A stretch of DNA of 32,000 nucleotides from the NCBI GenBank assembly GCA_047651235.1, contig CP178758.1, forward strand, positions 1,380,001 to 1,412,000, written 5' to 3'. Origin of the DNA: Candidatus Electrothrix yaqonensis (lineage in GTDB: Bacteria; Desulfobacterota; Desulfobulbia; Desulfobulbales; Desulfobulbaceae). The notes under the pieces are model-generated. The model was not told the DNA's origin. It did not search any database and worked only from the letters and a program-made list of their open reading frames with translations. The translations under genes and the position numbers were made by a program. Below, piece by piece: positions 14,815-23,434 of the stretch (position 1 is the first letter of the stretch; each line of letters opens with the position of its first letter).

Positions 14815-16784
14815 GGGCGTTTCTTGCCAGTTTCTTGCCAAGGTGAGGACGTTTGTCGGGTTGATTCAAGGATCAGTTCACAGGGGGTGTCGGCAGTCAG
14901 CGGTTCACCGGCAGCCGGTTTCTGGGCCACAATGCGGCCGCTGCCCCGGATGCGCACCTGAACATTGTACAGATTGATCTGCTGCAGCCCCTTACGCAGA
15001 CTCAAGCCGATCAGCTGCGGCATAATCGGATCAGCCCGCATGAATTCTTTTTTCAGATCAGAGGGTTTAAGCCTTCTGGTAAAAAAATACCGGCGCATGT
15101 TGACAGTGTTTTTTTCGGTCGGCGGCGGGGTCAGTTCCGCAGCAGCCCTGTTATGCTCGGCAAGGAGCGGCAGCAAATAGTGACCGATCTCGGCAAGCTC
15201 TTTTTTGTCCTGACCGGTGTCTGCTTCCGGCGGATGCGGATACAGGGAATTATAATCAACCGTGAAAACCAGCAGGAGTTTCGGGTTCTGTTTCGGAACA
15301 GCCGCCAGCAGGATATCCTGGATAAAGTGCTTATTGAACCCGTTGTGCGGAACAGATACTGCATCGGTGTTGACAAACAGCAGACCTTCTTTTCTGCGGT
15401 ACCAGGATGCCTTGAGTATTTCCTGACGCAGTCTGATGGCGTCGATGGGAGACAGTACCCGTTCCCGCAGACTCGAGGCCAGGTCACGGGGAAAAAAACG
15501 CTGTTCCGTGTGGTCATACAAGGCCCTGACCAGCCAGGGCGTCACCCTGTAGCCGTTGTTCAGCAGGGCTGCCAGACCGACAGTGAGCTGCATGCTGCTC
15601 AGCAGTGCAGATGCGCTGTCCGGTTCTCCGCCGTATCTTTCCGTCAGAGAGGGGATGGGCAGAAAATCAGGAACAGGCTGCTGCAGACCGAACTGCCACA
15701 GATACGCATCTGTCTGTTCTTTGTTCAGGCCGTACTCCGGTTCGCTGACCGTGACCGGCAGCAGTTCCCTGTCCATACCTGCTGCCAGGACTGCTGCGGC
15801 CTGTACCAGCAGGGGCCGGACAAGATGCCTGACATATTTTGGCGCAAACACCGCATTGTTCGCCTGCTGTTCGTCTGTCTGCCAGAAATAATTCGGGTCA
15901 AAGCCCGGTTCACTGACCATGGCCAGCATTCGGCCGGTGTCGATATCCATGACCACAGCGCTGCCGCTGACCGCCCCTTTCTGTTGTCTGTACTCATCCA
16001 GAACCTCGTCCAGCCGTTTCTGCAGCTCCATATCAAGCGTCAGGACAACGTCGGTGACTGTCTTTCCCAGAGTTTCATATCCGGAAAAATTGATTGCCGG
16101 GACATTGATCTGCCTGAATTGGCCGGGTTCCAGGACGGTATCATACAGGGCTTCAATTCCGCTCAGTCCGGCATCGCCGCTGACAAAACCGAGCAGATGA
16201 CCGGCAACAGCATGGCCGGGATAATACCGGATCTCCACAGGTCGGCAGTAAATACCGGGCTGCCGCAGTTCTTCCAGCTCGGCGACCTGCTGTTCCGCCA
16301 GGTTATCGGCCAGTTCCACAATCCCCTGCCTGTTCTGCAGCCGCTGCATGATATTCTCTTTTTCTGTACCGAGAATCATGGCCAGCTTTTCCGCAACCCA
16401 GTCCCAGTCCGCAATCTCTGAGGGCTGAACAAAAAAAGAAAAAAACTGGTAGGATATCGCCATCTCCTCCATGTCTCTGTCGTAGATCGTGCCGCGCAGG
16501 ACGGGTTCATGCTGCTGCGGCCCCGCCTCCGGCTCCGCAGGGCTGTTCTGGTCATCTGCGGCCGATATCCCGACAGTGTCCTGCAGCATCCTGCCGAGTT
16601 CCCGGGCGGAAAAAGGCAGGGTATACAGGATACCTGCACCCGTTACCGCCAGAACAGCAAGCAGGAGGATACCATATAGGGGCTTCCTGTCCTTTTCCAG
16701 AGGACGTCCGGGAAGCCGGTATGTGTAGCCGGGTTCTTTTTTTTTCTCCGGCAGCAGCCTGTACAGATCTCTGAACAGCTTCAT
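14811..16784 (-). CDS. FtsI/PBP3-family class B penicillin-binding protein homolog with degenerate transpeptidase motifs and a C-terminal PASTA-like domain
   Basis: N-terminal TM helix, PBP-dimer region (RGTIYDRDMEEMA) and GSAVVMDIDTGRMLAMVSEPGFDPN. HLVR stands in place of SxxK, the SxN region is deleted, and VNT stands in place of KTG. The C-terminus MPQLIGLSLRKG..GSGRIVAQKPAAGEPL is PASTA-like. GAGG RBS before the ATG at 16784. Confidence 0.8.
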   Translation of the reverse strand: MKLFRDLYRLLPEKKKEPGYTYRLPGRPLEKDRKPLYGILLLAVLAVTGAGILYTLPFSARELGRMLQDTVGISAADDQNSPAEPEAGPQQHEPVLRGTIYDRDMEEMAISYQFFSFFVQPSEIADWDWVAEKLAMILGTEKENIMQRLQNRQGIVELADNLAEQQVAELEELRQPGIYCRPVEIRYYPGHAVAGHLLGFVSGDAGLSGIEALYDTVLEPGQFRQINVPAINFSGYETLGKTVTDVVLTLDMELQKRLDEVLDEYRQQKGAVSGSAVVMDIDTGRMLAMVSEPGFDPNYFWQTDEQQANNAVFAPKYVRHLVRPLLVQAAAVLAAGMDRELLPVTVSEPEYGLNKEQTDAYLWQFGLQQPVPDFLPIPSLTERYGGEPDSASALLSSMQLTVGLAALLNNGYRVTPWLVRALYDHTEQRFFPRDLASSLRERVLSPIDAIRLRQEILKASWYRRKEGLLFVNTDAVSVPHNGFNKHFIQDILLAAVPKQNPKLLLVFTVDYNSLYPHPPEADTGQDKKELAEIGHYLLPLLAEHNRAAAELTPPPTEKNTVNMRRYFFTRRLKPSDLKKEFMRADPIMPQLIGLSLRKGLQQINLYNVQVRIRGSGRIVAQKPAAGEPLTADTPCELILESTRQTSSPWQETGKKRP

Positions 16785-16866
16785 CACAAACCTCGACAGG
16801 GCATTTTCTGTCCGTTCTGTCCGGCAACAGCCATCCTGCTACGGAAAGGCGATGCACAGGTGGTGC

Positions 16867-17012
16867 TCAGTACAAGAGACACAAGAGAAAAAGAAAGTGC
16901 CCCGTCCTTCAGTACTGTTGTTAGTATGTTCAGTACGTTCAGGACAGGGCAGCAGATTCTATGCTTCACAGGCGATTATGCGGCAGGTTCAGCAGATCCG
17001 TACAATCAGTAC
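16867..17012. repeat. four copies of TCAGTAC (GTACTGA on the coding strand) in the ftsL to ftsI-like spacer
   Basis: Copies start at 16867, 16909, 16930 and 17006, giving spacings of 42, 21 and 76 nt. There is also a tandem ACAAGAGA x2 at 16871-16888. Confidence 0.4.
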
Positions 17013-17368
17013 AGATAATGTTCCTGTTTTTCTTCGGGAATATGGAGGTTTAATTCAGCAGCGGCAAGAGCCATAATACGGGGCTTTGCAATCAGCCTGT
17101 CCCGCTCGGCACGCACTTCTACCGCCTGCTGCCGGATAGTTTCATGCACAGTCTGCATCCGGGTCAGTTTTTCCTTTTCCTGACTGATGCGCCAGAAAAA
17201 AAATTGGCTCAACAGGAGGACAAGGAGAAGAAGCACCCCGATGCTGTACCCTGCTGCCTGGACGAACTGAGCTGAGAGTTTCTGTTCTTTGCCGCGCACT
17301 GCCGCCTGTTTCCGTATATTGTTGAACAGGAGAGCAGGCGACTGCAACGATCGGATATGCTGATGCAT
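17006..17368 (-). CDS. ftsL: cell division protein FtsL
   Basis: 120 aa between rsmH and ftsI. One TM helix IGVLLLLVLLLSQFFFW, then a coiled coil and ..AKPRIMALAAAELNLHIPEEKQ. Confidence 0.72.
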   Translation of the reverse strand: MHQHIRSLQSPALLFNNIRKQAAVRGKEQKLSAQFVQAAGYSIGVLLLLVLLLSQFFFWRISQEKEKLTRMQTVHETIRQQAVEVRAERDRLIAKPRIMALAAAELNLHIPEEKQEHYLY

Positions 17369-17391
17369 GTGCTGTATCTCTCCTTCTCTCT

Positions 17392-18309
17392 TTATATTTT
17401 CTCCGCCACCCGCAATTTTGCGCTGCGCGACCGCAGATTCTCACGTACTTCTCCGGCTGCGGGCAGGACAGGTTTTCCGGTCAGTACCCTGCACGCGGGG
17501 TTGGCGGCAAATGCCTGTTTGACCATCCTGTCTTCAAGTGAATGAAAAGTAATGATACACATCCGCGCACCCGGCCTGAGCAATGCCGGCCCGTCAGTTA
17601 ATAAACGGGTCAGATTGTCCAGTTCCCGATTAACTGCAATGCGCAGGGCCTGAAATACCTTGGTGGCCACATGGATCTTTTTCGGATGGTATTTTTTCGG
17701 GATGGCCAGCCCGACAACCTCGGCCAGCCGGCGGGTCGTCACAATCGGTTGTTCTGCTCTGGCTTCTATAATATATCGCGCCACTCTGCGGGCCTGCCGT
17801 TCTTCGCCGTAATGAAAGAAAATATCCGCCAGTTCTTCCTGCGATAACCTGTTGACCAGCTGTTCCGCCGTCACCTGCCCCCCGGTATCCATCCGCATGT
17901 CCAGCGGCGCATCTGCCTGAAAACTGAAGCCCCGCTCCGGCCGGTCAAGCTGCAGGGAGGAAACTCCCAGATCCACCAGAATACCGTCCAGCTGTTCCTG
18001 ACCGCAGCAGCATTGCTCCGCCATTTCTGCATAGGAAAAAGGCAGGAGCTGAAAACGGTCACCGAATTTAGCCAGCCGTTTTTTTGCCAGTTCGGCTGCC
18101 TGGACATCCCATTCAAAACCAAGTACTCTGCCGTCCGGTGCCGATTGCTCCAAAATCAGTTCGGTGTGGCCGCCGAGCCCCAGCGTCGCGTCCGCATAAC
18201 ATCCTCCGGCATGGGGCCGAAGCCATTCCAGGACTTCCTGAAACAGGACCGGGTAGTGGATATCTCCAGAGGACGGGGTTGAACGAATTGTGGAACAAGC
18301 AGGCAGCAT
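17392..18309 (-). CDS. rsmH: 16S rRNA (cytosine1402-N4)-methyltransferase
   Basis: 305 aa. HYPVLFQEVLEWL, DATLGLGGHTE, DLGVSSLQLD..RGFSF, ITFHSLEDRMVK. Confidence 0.92.
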   Translation of the reverse strand: MLPACSTIRSTPSSGDIHYPVLFQEVLEWLRPHAGGCYADATLGLGGHTELILEQSAPDGRVLGFEWDVQAAELAKKRLAKFGDRFQLLPFSYAEMAEQCCCGQEQLDGILVDLGVSSLQLDRPERGFSFQADAPLDMRMDTGGQVTAEQLVNRLSQEELADIFFHYGEERQARRVARYIIEARAEQPIVTTRRLAEVVGLAIPKKYHPKKIHVATKVFQALRIAVNRELDNLTRLLTDGPALLRPGARMCIITFHSLEDRMVKQAFAANPACRVLTGKPVLPAAGEVRENLRSRSAKLRVAEKI

Positions 18310-18678
18310 CAGGCTGGCTGCCCGGCAATAAATTGATATTTTTTCATTGTCTCAATATGATGTGTCCCGATGTATCCGAAGCAGACATCAGGGAAATTAC
18401 ATTTTCAACGCCTCTTTAATTCTCCTTTATTTTCTTTTATCTCACAAGCTCTTTTCCGTCAAGGGCAATACGACAGAATCTCCAATGCGGATTGGGAGTT
18501 AGAGGTCAATCTGGCCTTCCTGTGCGACAGGCCGTAAGAGTACCGTTCTTTTCCGACTTGAGCCTTGTCCGGTAATTGTTTATTTTCCGTAAGAACCTGT
18601 CCGGAGCATAACCGTTCCGGTCACCCTGCCGCTGAAAGCTCAAAGCGCAAAACGAAAAAATGAAACAGGAGGCTTGTT

Positions 18679-19500
18679 ATGGCACGTATTATAAGGCCAA
18701 GGAATTTCTTGGCAACTTTGACAGTCACCGCCGGATTACTGCTGGCGGGATGCGCTTTCTTCAACGGGACTGACGGAAAAGAAGACCTGAGCGATATCAG
18801 CTGGTTGCTACTAGAGCTGAGCGGCAGTCCGGTCGTGTCGCCCCCGGTGATGACCCTGAACTTTACAGAACACGGCAACGTCAGCGGCAGCGACGGCTGC
18901 AATCGCTACAGCAGTACGTATACAGCCGAAGACGGCGCAATCAATATCAGCGAAGAGATAACGACCACAAAAGCGGCATGTCCGGGACCGATTATGTGGC
19001 GGGCTTCGGCATTTATCACTGCACTGAAGCAGGCAGCCGCCTACAGGCAAGAGAAAGGACAGTTGACCCTCCTGACTGCCGACGGGACAGCTTCGGCGGT
19101 TTTTGTCCGGCAGAGTCAGGAACTACGCAGAACATCCTGGGAGGTGACAGGATACAACAACGGTCAGGGGATCATCGTCGGCGTGATCAGCGGCAGCCGG
19201 AAACTGACGGCAAATTTCGCTGTTGACGGCAAAGTTTCAGGGGCATCCGGATGTAACAGCTATTCCGGCGACTATACATATACAAGTGCCGACCGGAGCC
19301 TCCGGTTCGGGCGGACACGGAGCACCCTGAAAGCCTGTTCGGACAGGAGTATAATGCAGCAGGAACAGTCTTTCATGACGGCATTGGAGAACGTGAGAAG
19401 CTATTATATTGAAGGAGATACGCTGACGCTGAAAGCTGCCGACGGCAGGGTTGCTGTTACTTTTGCCGGAAAAGTCAGCCCTGCAGTGAAAGTGAAATGA
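18679..19500 (+). CDS. tandem META-domain (HslJ-like) lipoprotein
   Basis: Lipobox LLLAGC. Two META repeats with DGCNRYSSTY and SGCNSYSGDY. GGAGG RBS. Confidence 0.8.
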   Translation: MARIIRPRNFLATLTVTAGLLLAGCAFFNGTDGKEDLSDISWLLLELSGSPVVSPPVMTLNFTEHGNVSGSDGCNRYSSTYTAEDGAINISEEITTTKAACPGPIMWRASAFITALKQAAAYRQEKGQLTLLTADGTASAVFVRQSQELRRTSWEVTGYNNGQGIIVGVISGSRKLTANFAVDGKVSGASGCNSYSGDYTYTSADRSLRFGRTRSTLKACSDRSIMQQEQSFMTALENVRSYYIEGDTLTLKAADGRVAVTFAGKVSPAVKVK

Positions 19501-19643
19501 TGACTGTTTTTCATGAATGTGCTCAATTCGGGACCGGGCTCCAACCGCTGAAAATGTTTTTTTCGGGAGCCCGATACTGTTTTTGCAATACGTCCGATTC
19601 TAGATGTCAGCCGTGAAGATCGGATAACGACGGACACCACATT

Positions 19644-19799
19644 GCATAGCCTATAAATGCGAATTAGGAGTTGGATTGTCCGGTCTCAGTAAAAACAGAT
19701 AGTTACAGAAGAGCCGTTCCGATTCTGCAGAATCTGTCAGCTTTATCCTCCTGATTTTTCGTCATAGATTTTAACCCCTAATTCGCATTTATAGTATGC
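19644..19799. mobile_element. 156-bp MITE-like element carrying the ends of the adjacent IS4-family element
   Basis: Inverted repeats GCATAGCCTATAAATGCGAATTAGGAGTT (19644-19672) and AACCCCTAATTCGCATTTATAGTATGC (19773-19799), with no ORF between them. Confidence 0.55.
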
Positions 19800-19806
19800 T
19801 GGAAGC

Positions 19807-20473
19807 ATGAATACAAAATATCTTGATCTCTCGATTATCTGGCCGTGACGTTCGGATACGCCACAGCCACAGGCTTGTCCGACATGCTTGACAGCTGCAT
19901 AAGTTATGATAAATTCACTCGTTTTCTCGCTGACGGTGAATGGAGTTCCAAGGATTTATGGAAACAGGTCAAATCAACCGTCCGTGAGGTTGAAACTGAG
20001 GACGGAGTGCTGATCTTCGACGATACTGTTTGCTGAACGGTCTTTATCATATCGACGATGTTTCGATCCCCATAGCATTCGACCTCATCCGCAAGCCGAT
20101 TCGTTTCAGCGACCTGAAAACCCGCCGAGAAAAACGTCGGAGCGAAGTCACGAAGAATGAACTGCTGCGCCTGATGATCGATACCTGCAGTCAGCTGACA
20201 GCGGATCGGAACACGATCACGGCAATCTATACAAAACGATGGAACGTCGAGGTGTACCATAAATCTTTGAAGTCGAACGCAGCATTAGCCAAATCTCCTG
20301 CACGTCGTGTAAATGCGCAGAGTAATCATATTTTTGCCTCCGTTATCACGGTGTTTAAAATGGAGCATCTAAAAATCAGAACAAAGACGAACCACTTTGC
20401 TCTGAAGACCAAGCTCTATCTGAAAGCTATTCGTTCGGCTTCTGATGAGCTGCAGCGACTTCAGGCTGCGTAA
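19807..20473 (+). pseudogene. IS4-family DDE transposase remnant (frameshift, stop and internal deletions)
   Basis: MNTKYLDLS.. then a stop; FGYATATGLSDMLD..DGVLIFDDT then a stop; LNGLYHIDDVSIPIAF...; and IYTKRWNVEVYHKSLK, the Y-x2-R-x3-E-x6-K signature. Only about 220 of the expected 380 or more codons remain. Confidence 0.72.
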
Positions 20474-20627
20474 CATCAGTAAATAAAGAGTTCGGAATTG
20501 TAATGCTTGTTTACATACAAAAACAGTACTATAAGTTGTTCCTGCCAATCCATCTTTTTCTCCTGCGGTTAATGTCGGTAAAGGTGGTGCTTCACCGGCC
20601 TATTCTACAGGAATGATGGATTGGCTT

Positions 20628-20648
20628 TAACTCCTAATTCGCATTAAC
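20628..20648. repeat. right terminal inverted repeat of the IS4-family remnant
   Basis: AACTCCTAATTCGCATT matches the reverse complement of 19656-19672 at 17 of 17 positions. Confidence 0.6.
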
Positions 20649-20672
20649 CAATAAGTTGAAAATACTGTCCGC

Positions 20673-21203
20673 TTACTTGATCTGCACAGGAATGCCGCAG
20701 CTGACCAGAAAAACCTGATCAGCAAAAGCGGCGATAATCTGATTACTGCGCCCGATCAGGTCACGGTAGTGCCGGGCGGCAGGATTCTCCGGGACAATAC
20801 CCATCCCTACCTCGTTGGTCACCAGAATAACTTCGCCCAGATGGTTGCGGGCCGCCCTTCCCAGCTCTTCAGCGAGAACCGTCAGCTGGTCCTCAGTGAT
20901 CTCGCGGTCGTGTTGTTCAGTCTCGTACATCAGATTGTTGACCCAAAGGGTCAGGCAGTCAATGAGCACCGTGGTCCCGATGGGGAGGTCTTCCAATTTT
21001 TCTGCCAGAAGCAGGGGAACCTCGGCGGTCTGCCAGCCCCGTCCCTCCCTGTCCTCCTGATGCCGGCGGATACGCGCAGCCATTTCCGGATCAGTGCGGG
21101 AACAGGTGGCGATGAAGAGACAGGGTGCATCAGTCTGCTCGGCCTGCTCCTGGGCAAAGGCGGATTTACCGGAACGGCAGCCGCCGGTGATGAGGGTAAT
21201 CAT
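20673..21203 (-). CDS. cobU: adenosylcobinamide kinase / adenosylcobinamide-phosphate guanylyltransferase
   Basis: 176 aa. P-loop ITGGCRSGKSAFAQ and ..LIDCLTLWVNN.. are typical of CobU/CobP. Confidence 0.9.
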   Translation of the reverse strand: MITLITGGCRSGKSAFAQEQAEQTDAPCLFIATCSRTDPEMAARIRRHQEDREGRGWQTAEVPLLLAEKLEDLPIGTTVLIDCLTLWVNNLMYETEQHDREITEDQLTVLAEELGRAARNHLGEVILVTNEVGMGIVPENPAARHYRDLIGRSNQIIAAFADQVFLVSCGIPVQIK

Positions 21204-21209
21204 TGCCGG

Positions 21210-22163
21210 TTAGCGCGCTTGGGTGGATTCCAGATAATGAAACAGTTCGGACTGCGGGGAAAAAATCAGCGATGTGTTGCTGCCGATAATCGTACGGTAG
21301 CTTTCCAGACTTTTCTGAAAAGAATAAAACTCCGCATACCTGCTGTAGACATCGCCGTAGAGTTTTGTCGCTTCGGCATCTGCCTTACCCCGAATCTCGG
21401 TGGCCTGCCGCTTGGCCTCAGAGGTAATTTCCTTTAATTCACGCTCCAGCTTACCAAGGATTTCTGCCTTGCGGCCTTCACCCAGCGACCTCTTTTCCGC
21501 AGCAATCCTTTTCCGTTCCGAAATCATCCGGCTGTAGACTTTTTCCCGGACAGAATCAATATAATTAACCCGCGTGAACATGACATCAATCAATTCGATT
21601 CCGTAGTTACTTGTCTCTTTGGATGCCTGTTCGAGAACCATTTCCCTGATTTTATCCCGGCCTTTTTCCGGCGGTTTGGTCATATCAGCAGAGGAAGAGG
21701 TCTCCACCGCATATTGCCGGCTCCAGTCCGAAGACCGGATAATTTCAATCAGATCATTCTGGTTGACCAGATCCCGCACCGCACCGTTGATGATATCGTC
21801 AAGCAGGGTCTGAGAACGGGTTTCGCTCCCCACAGCCTCCAAAAAACGGAGAGCATCATCGATCCGCCAGCGGGCGGTGTTGTCCATATAAATAAAAGTT
21901 TTATCATTGGTGGGAATCTGGTTCGGATCACCGTCCCATATCAGAATACGCTTTTCAAAAAAACGCACATGCTGAATAAAGGGAGCTTTAAGTTTCAGCC
22001 CGGCCGTTGTCACCGGAGCGCCCACCGGTGCACCGAACTGGGTAATCACTGCCTGCTTGTCTTCAGGGAGGACATAAAATCCGTCCCAGACCAAGGCAAT
22101 AACAACAAGGATAAGTACGAGAGAAAGTATTTTGACGGCCTGCTGTTTTGTGATCTGTTTCAT
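21210..22163 (-). CDS. hflC: FtsH protease modulator HflC (SPFH domain)
   Basis: 317 aa. N-terminal TM helix, SPFH core, coiled-coil EAKRQATEIRGKADAEATK. Follows hflK. Confidence 0.88.
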   Translation of the reverse strand: MKQITKQQAVKILSLVLILVVIALVWDGFYVLPEDKQAVITQFGAPVGAPVTTAGLKLKAPFIQHVRFFEKRILIWDGDPNQIPTNDKTFIYMDNTARWRIDDALRFLEAVGSETRSQTLLDDIINGAVRDLVNQNDLIEIIRSSDWSRQYAVETSSSADMTKPPEKGRDKIREMVLEQASKETSNYGIELIDVMFTRVNYIDSVREKVYSRMISERKRIAAEKRSLGEGRKAEILGKLERELKEITSEAKRQATEIRGKADAEATKLYGDVYSRYAEFYSFQKSLESYRTIIGSNTSLIFSPQSELFHYLESTQAR

Positions 22164-22186
22164 GATGATCTTGTTGGTTTCTGCTT

Positions 22187-23293
22187 TTATTGAGCCGACG
22201 TTCTGTCGCTCATTCTGTCGCTCAGATTAAGGAAGGGAAGGACATTCTGCCGGCTGTTGTCCATAATATATATCCGATCGACTTGGGGCAGGATGTGCTG
22301 CATGGTCTCAAGATACAGACGGGTTCTGGTCACCTCCTTGGCCTTCAGGTACTCAGCGACAATAGCCTTGAAACGAGTCGTTTCACCCTTTGCATCGTTG
22401 ACGCGCTGGACAGCATATCCGTGTGCCTCCTCAATGGTTTGCTTGGCAGAGCCGCGCGCCTTGGGGATACGGCGGTTGTACTCCTCTTCAGCTTCATTGA
22501 CCAGCCGCTTCATATCCTGATCCGCCTCGTTCACTTCATTGAAGGCAGGTTTGACCGCATCGGTCGGGGTGATGTCCAGCAGCTGCAGGGTGCTGATATG
22601 CACCCCGCACTCCAGTTTATTCAGATCAGCCTGGAGTTCATCCTTGGCCATACCTGCCAGAATGGCACGGTTCCCCAGGACATAGTCGAAATCCATATTG
22701 CCGACAATACGTCGGATAACGGTCTCGGAATTATCCCGGACTGCCTGGGGCACATCACGCACCTTGAACAGGAAGTGAAACGGATCACTGATCGTATACT
22801 GGACGATCCAGGCCACATCAATGACATTTTTATCGCCGGTGAGCATCAGCGATTCCCGGTCGAATCCCTCTTTGCTGAAGGTCGTGGTCTGGCCGGGTAT
22901 CGTAGTGCGGAATCCGAATTCCTCCTTGCGCACGGTCTTGACATCCACCCTGACCATGTCTTCTATATAGGGCAGTTTGAAATGGAGCCCGGGTTCTGCG
23001 GTGCGGGTATATTTGCCGAAGCGGAGGACAATCCCCTGTTTTCCCGGTTCAATGGTATAAAAAGAAGAATAGATGACCTGAAACAGGATGACTGCCAGAA
23101 TGAGCAGAGCCGCCTTGCTCATTCCGGCCAGAAAATTACTACCGTTCGGTTGATCACCGTTTTCAGGAGGCGGATTATCATGCTTCTGTTCATCAAATGC
23201 ATCCCGGATTTTCTGGATAAGAGCGGCCAGAAAGTCTTCCGGCGTCTCCGGTTTTTTCTTCTTTCCCCAGGGGGATTGATTACTCATAGGCAT
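22187..23293 (-). CDS. hflK: FtsH protease modulator HflK (SPFH domain)
   Basis: Start moved to MPMSNQSPWGKKKK, with AAGGTG 7 nt upstream. TM helix, SPFH core, C-terminal ..YLETMQHIL.. Confidence 0.88.
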   Translation of the reverse strand: MPMSNQSPWGKKKKPETPEDFLAALIQKIRDAFDEQKHDNPPPENGDQPNGSNFLAGMSKAALLILAVILFQVIYSSFYTIEPGKQGIVLRFGKYTRTAEPGLHFKLPYIEDMVRVDVKTVRKEEFGFRTTIPGQTTTFSKEGFDRESLMLTGDKNVIDVAWIVQYTISDPFHFLFKVRDVPQAVRDNSETVIRRIVGNMDFDYVLGNRAILAGMAKDELQADLNKLECGVHISTLQLLDITPTDAVKPAFNEVNEADQDMKRLVNEAEEEYNRRIPKARGSAKQTIEEAHGYAVQRVNDAKGETTRFKAIVAEYLKAKEVTRTRLYLETMQHILPQVDRIYIMDNSRQNVLPFLNLSDRMSDRTSAQ

Positions 23294-23434
23294 ATATTCA
23301 CCTTGACAGATAAAATTAACCAAATATATTCATCACACTGCAGGATGTCAGGATTACTTTCTTCAGAGCCTGCGGATAACCAGCATTTAAAACTGTAACG
23401 GGCTCCCTTACAAGTCTTTTTTCTTTTCTTTTTC

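Noticed and set aside
20474-20672. A structured region downstream of cobU (11-bp perfect stem, GGTG..CACC), considered as a cobalamin riboswitch.
   Set aside because: It lies 3' of cobU, not 5'. I could find no B12-box-like core (..GCCACTG..) on either strand. It sits just inside the IS right end, so it is more likely part of the IS.
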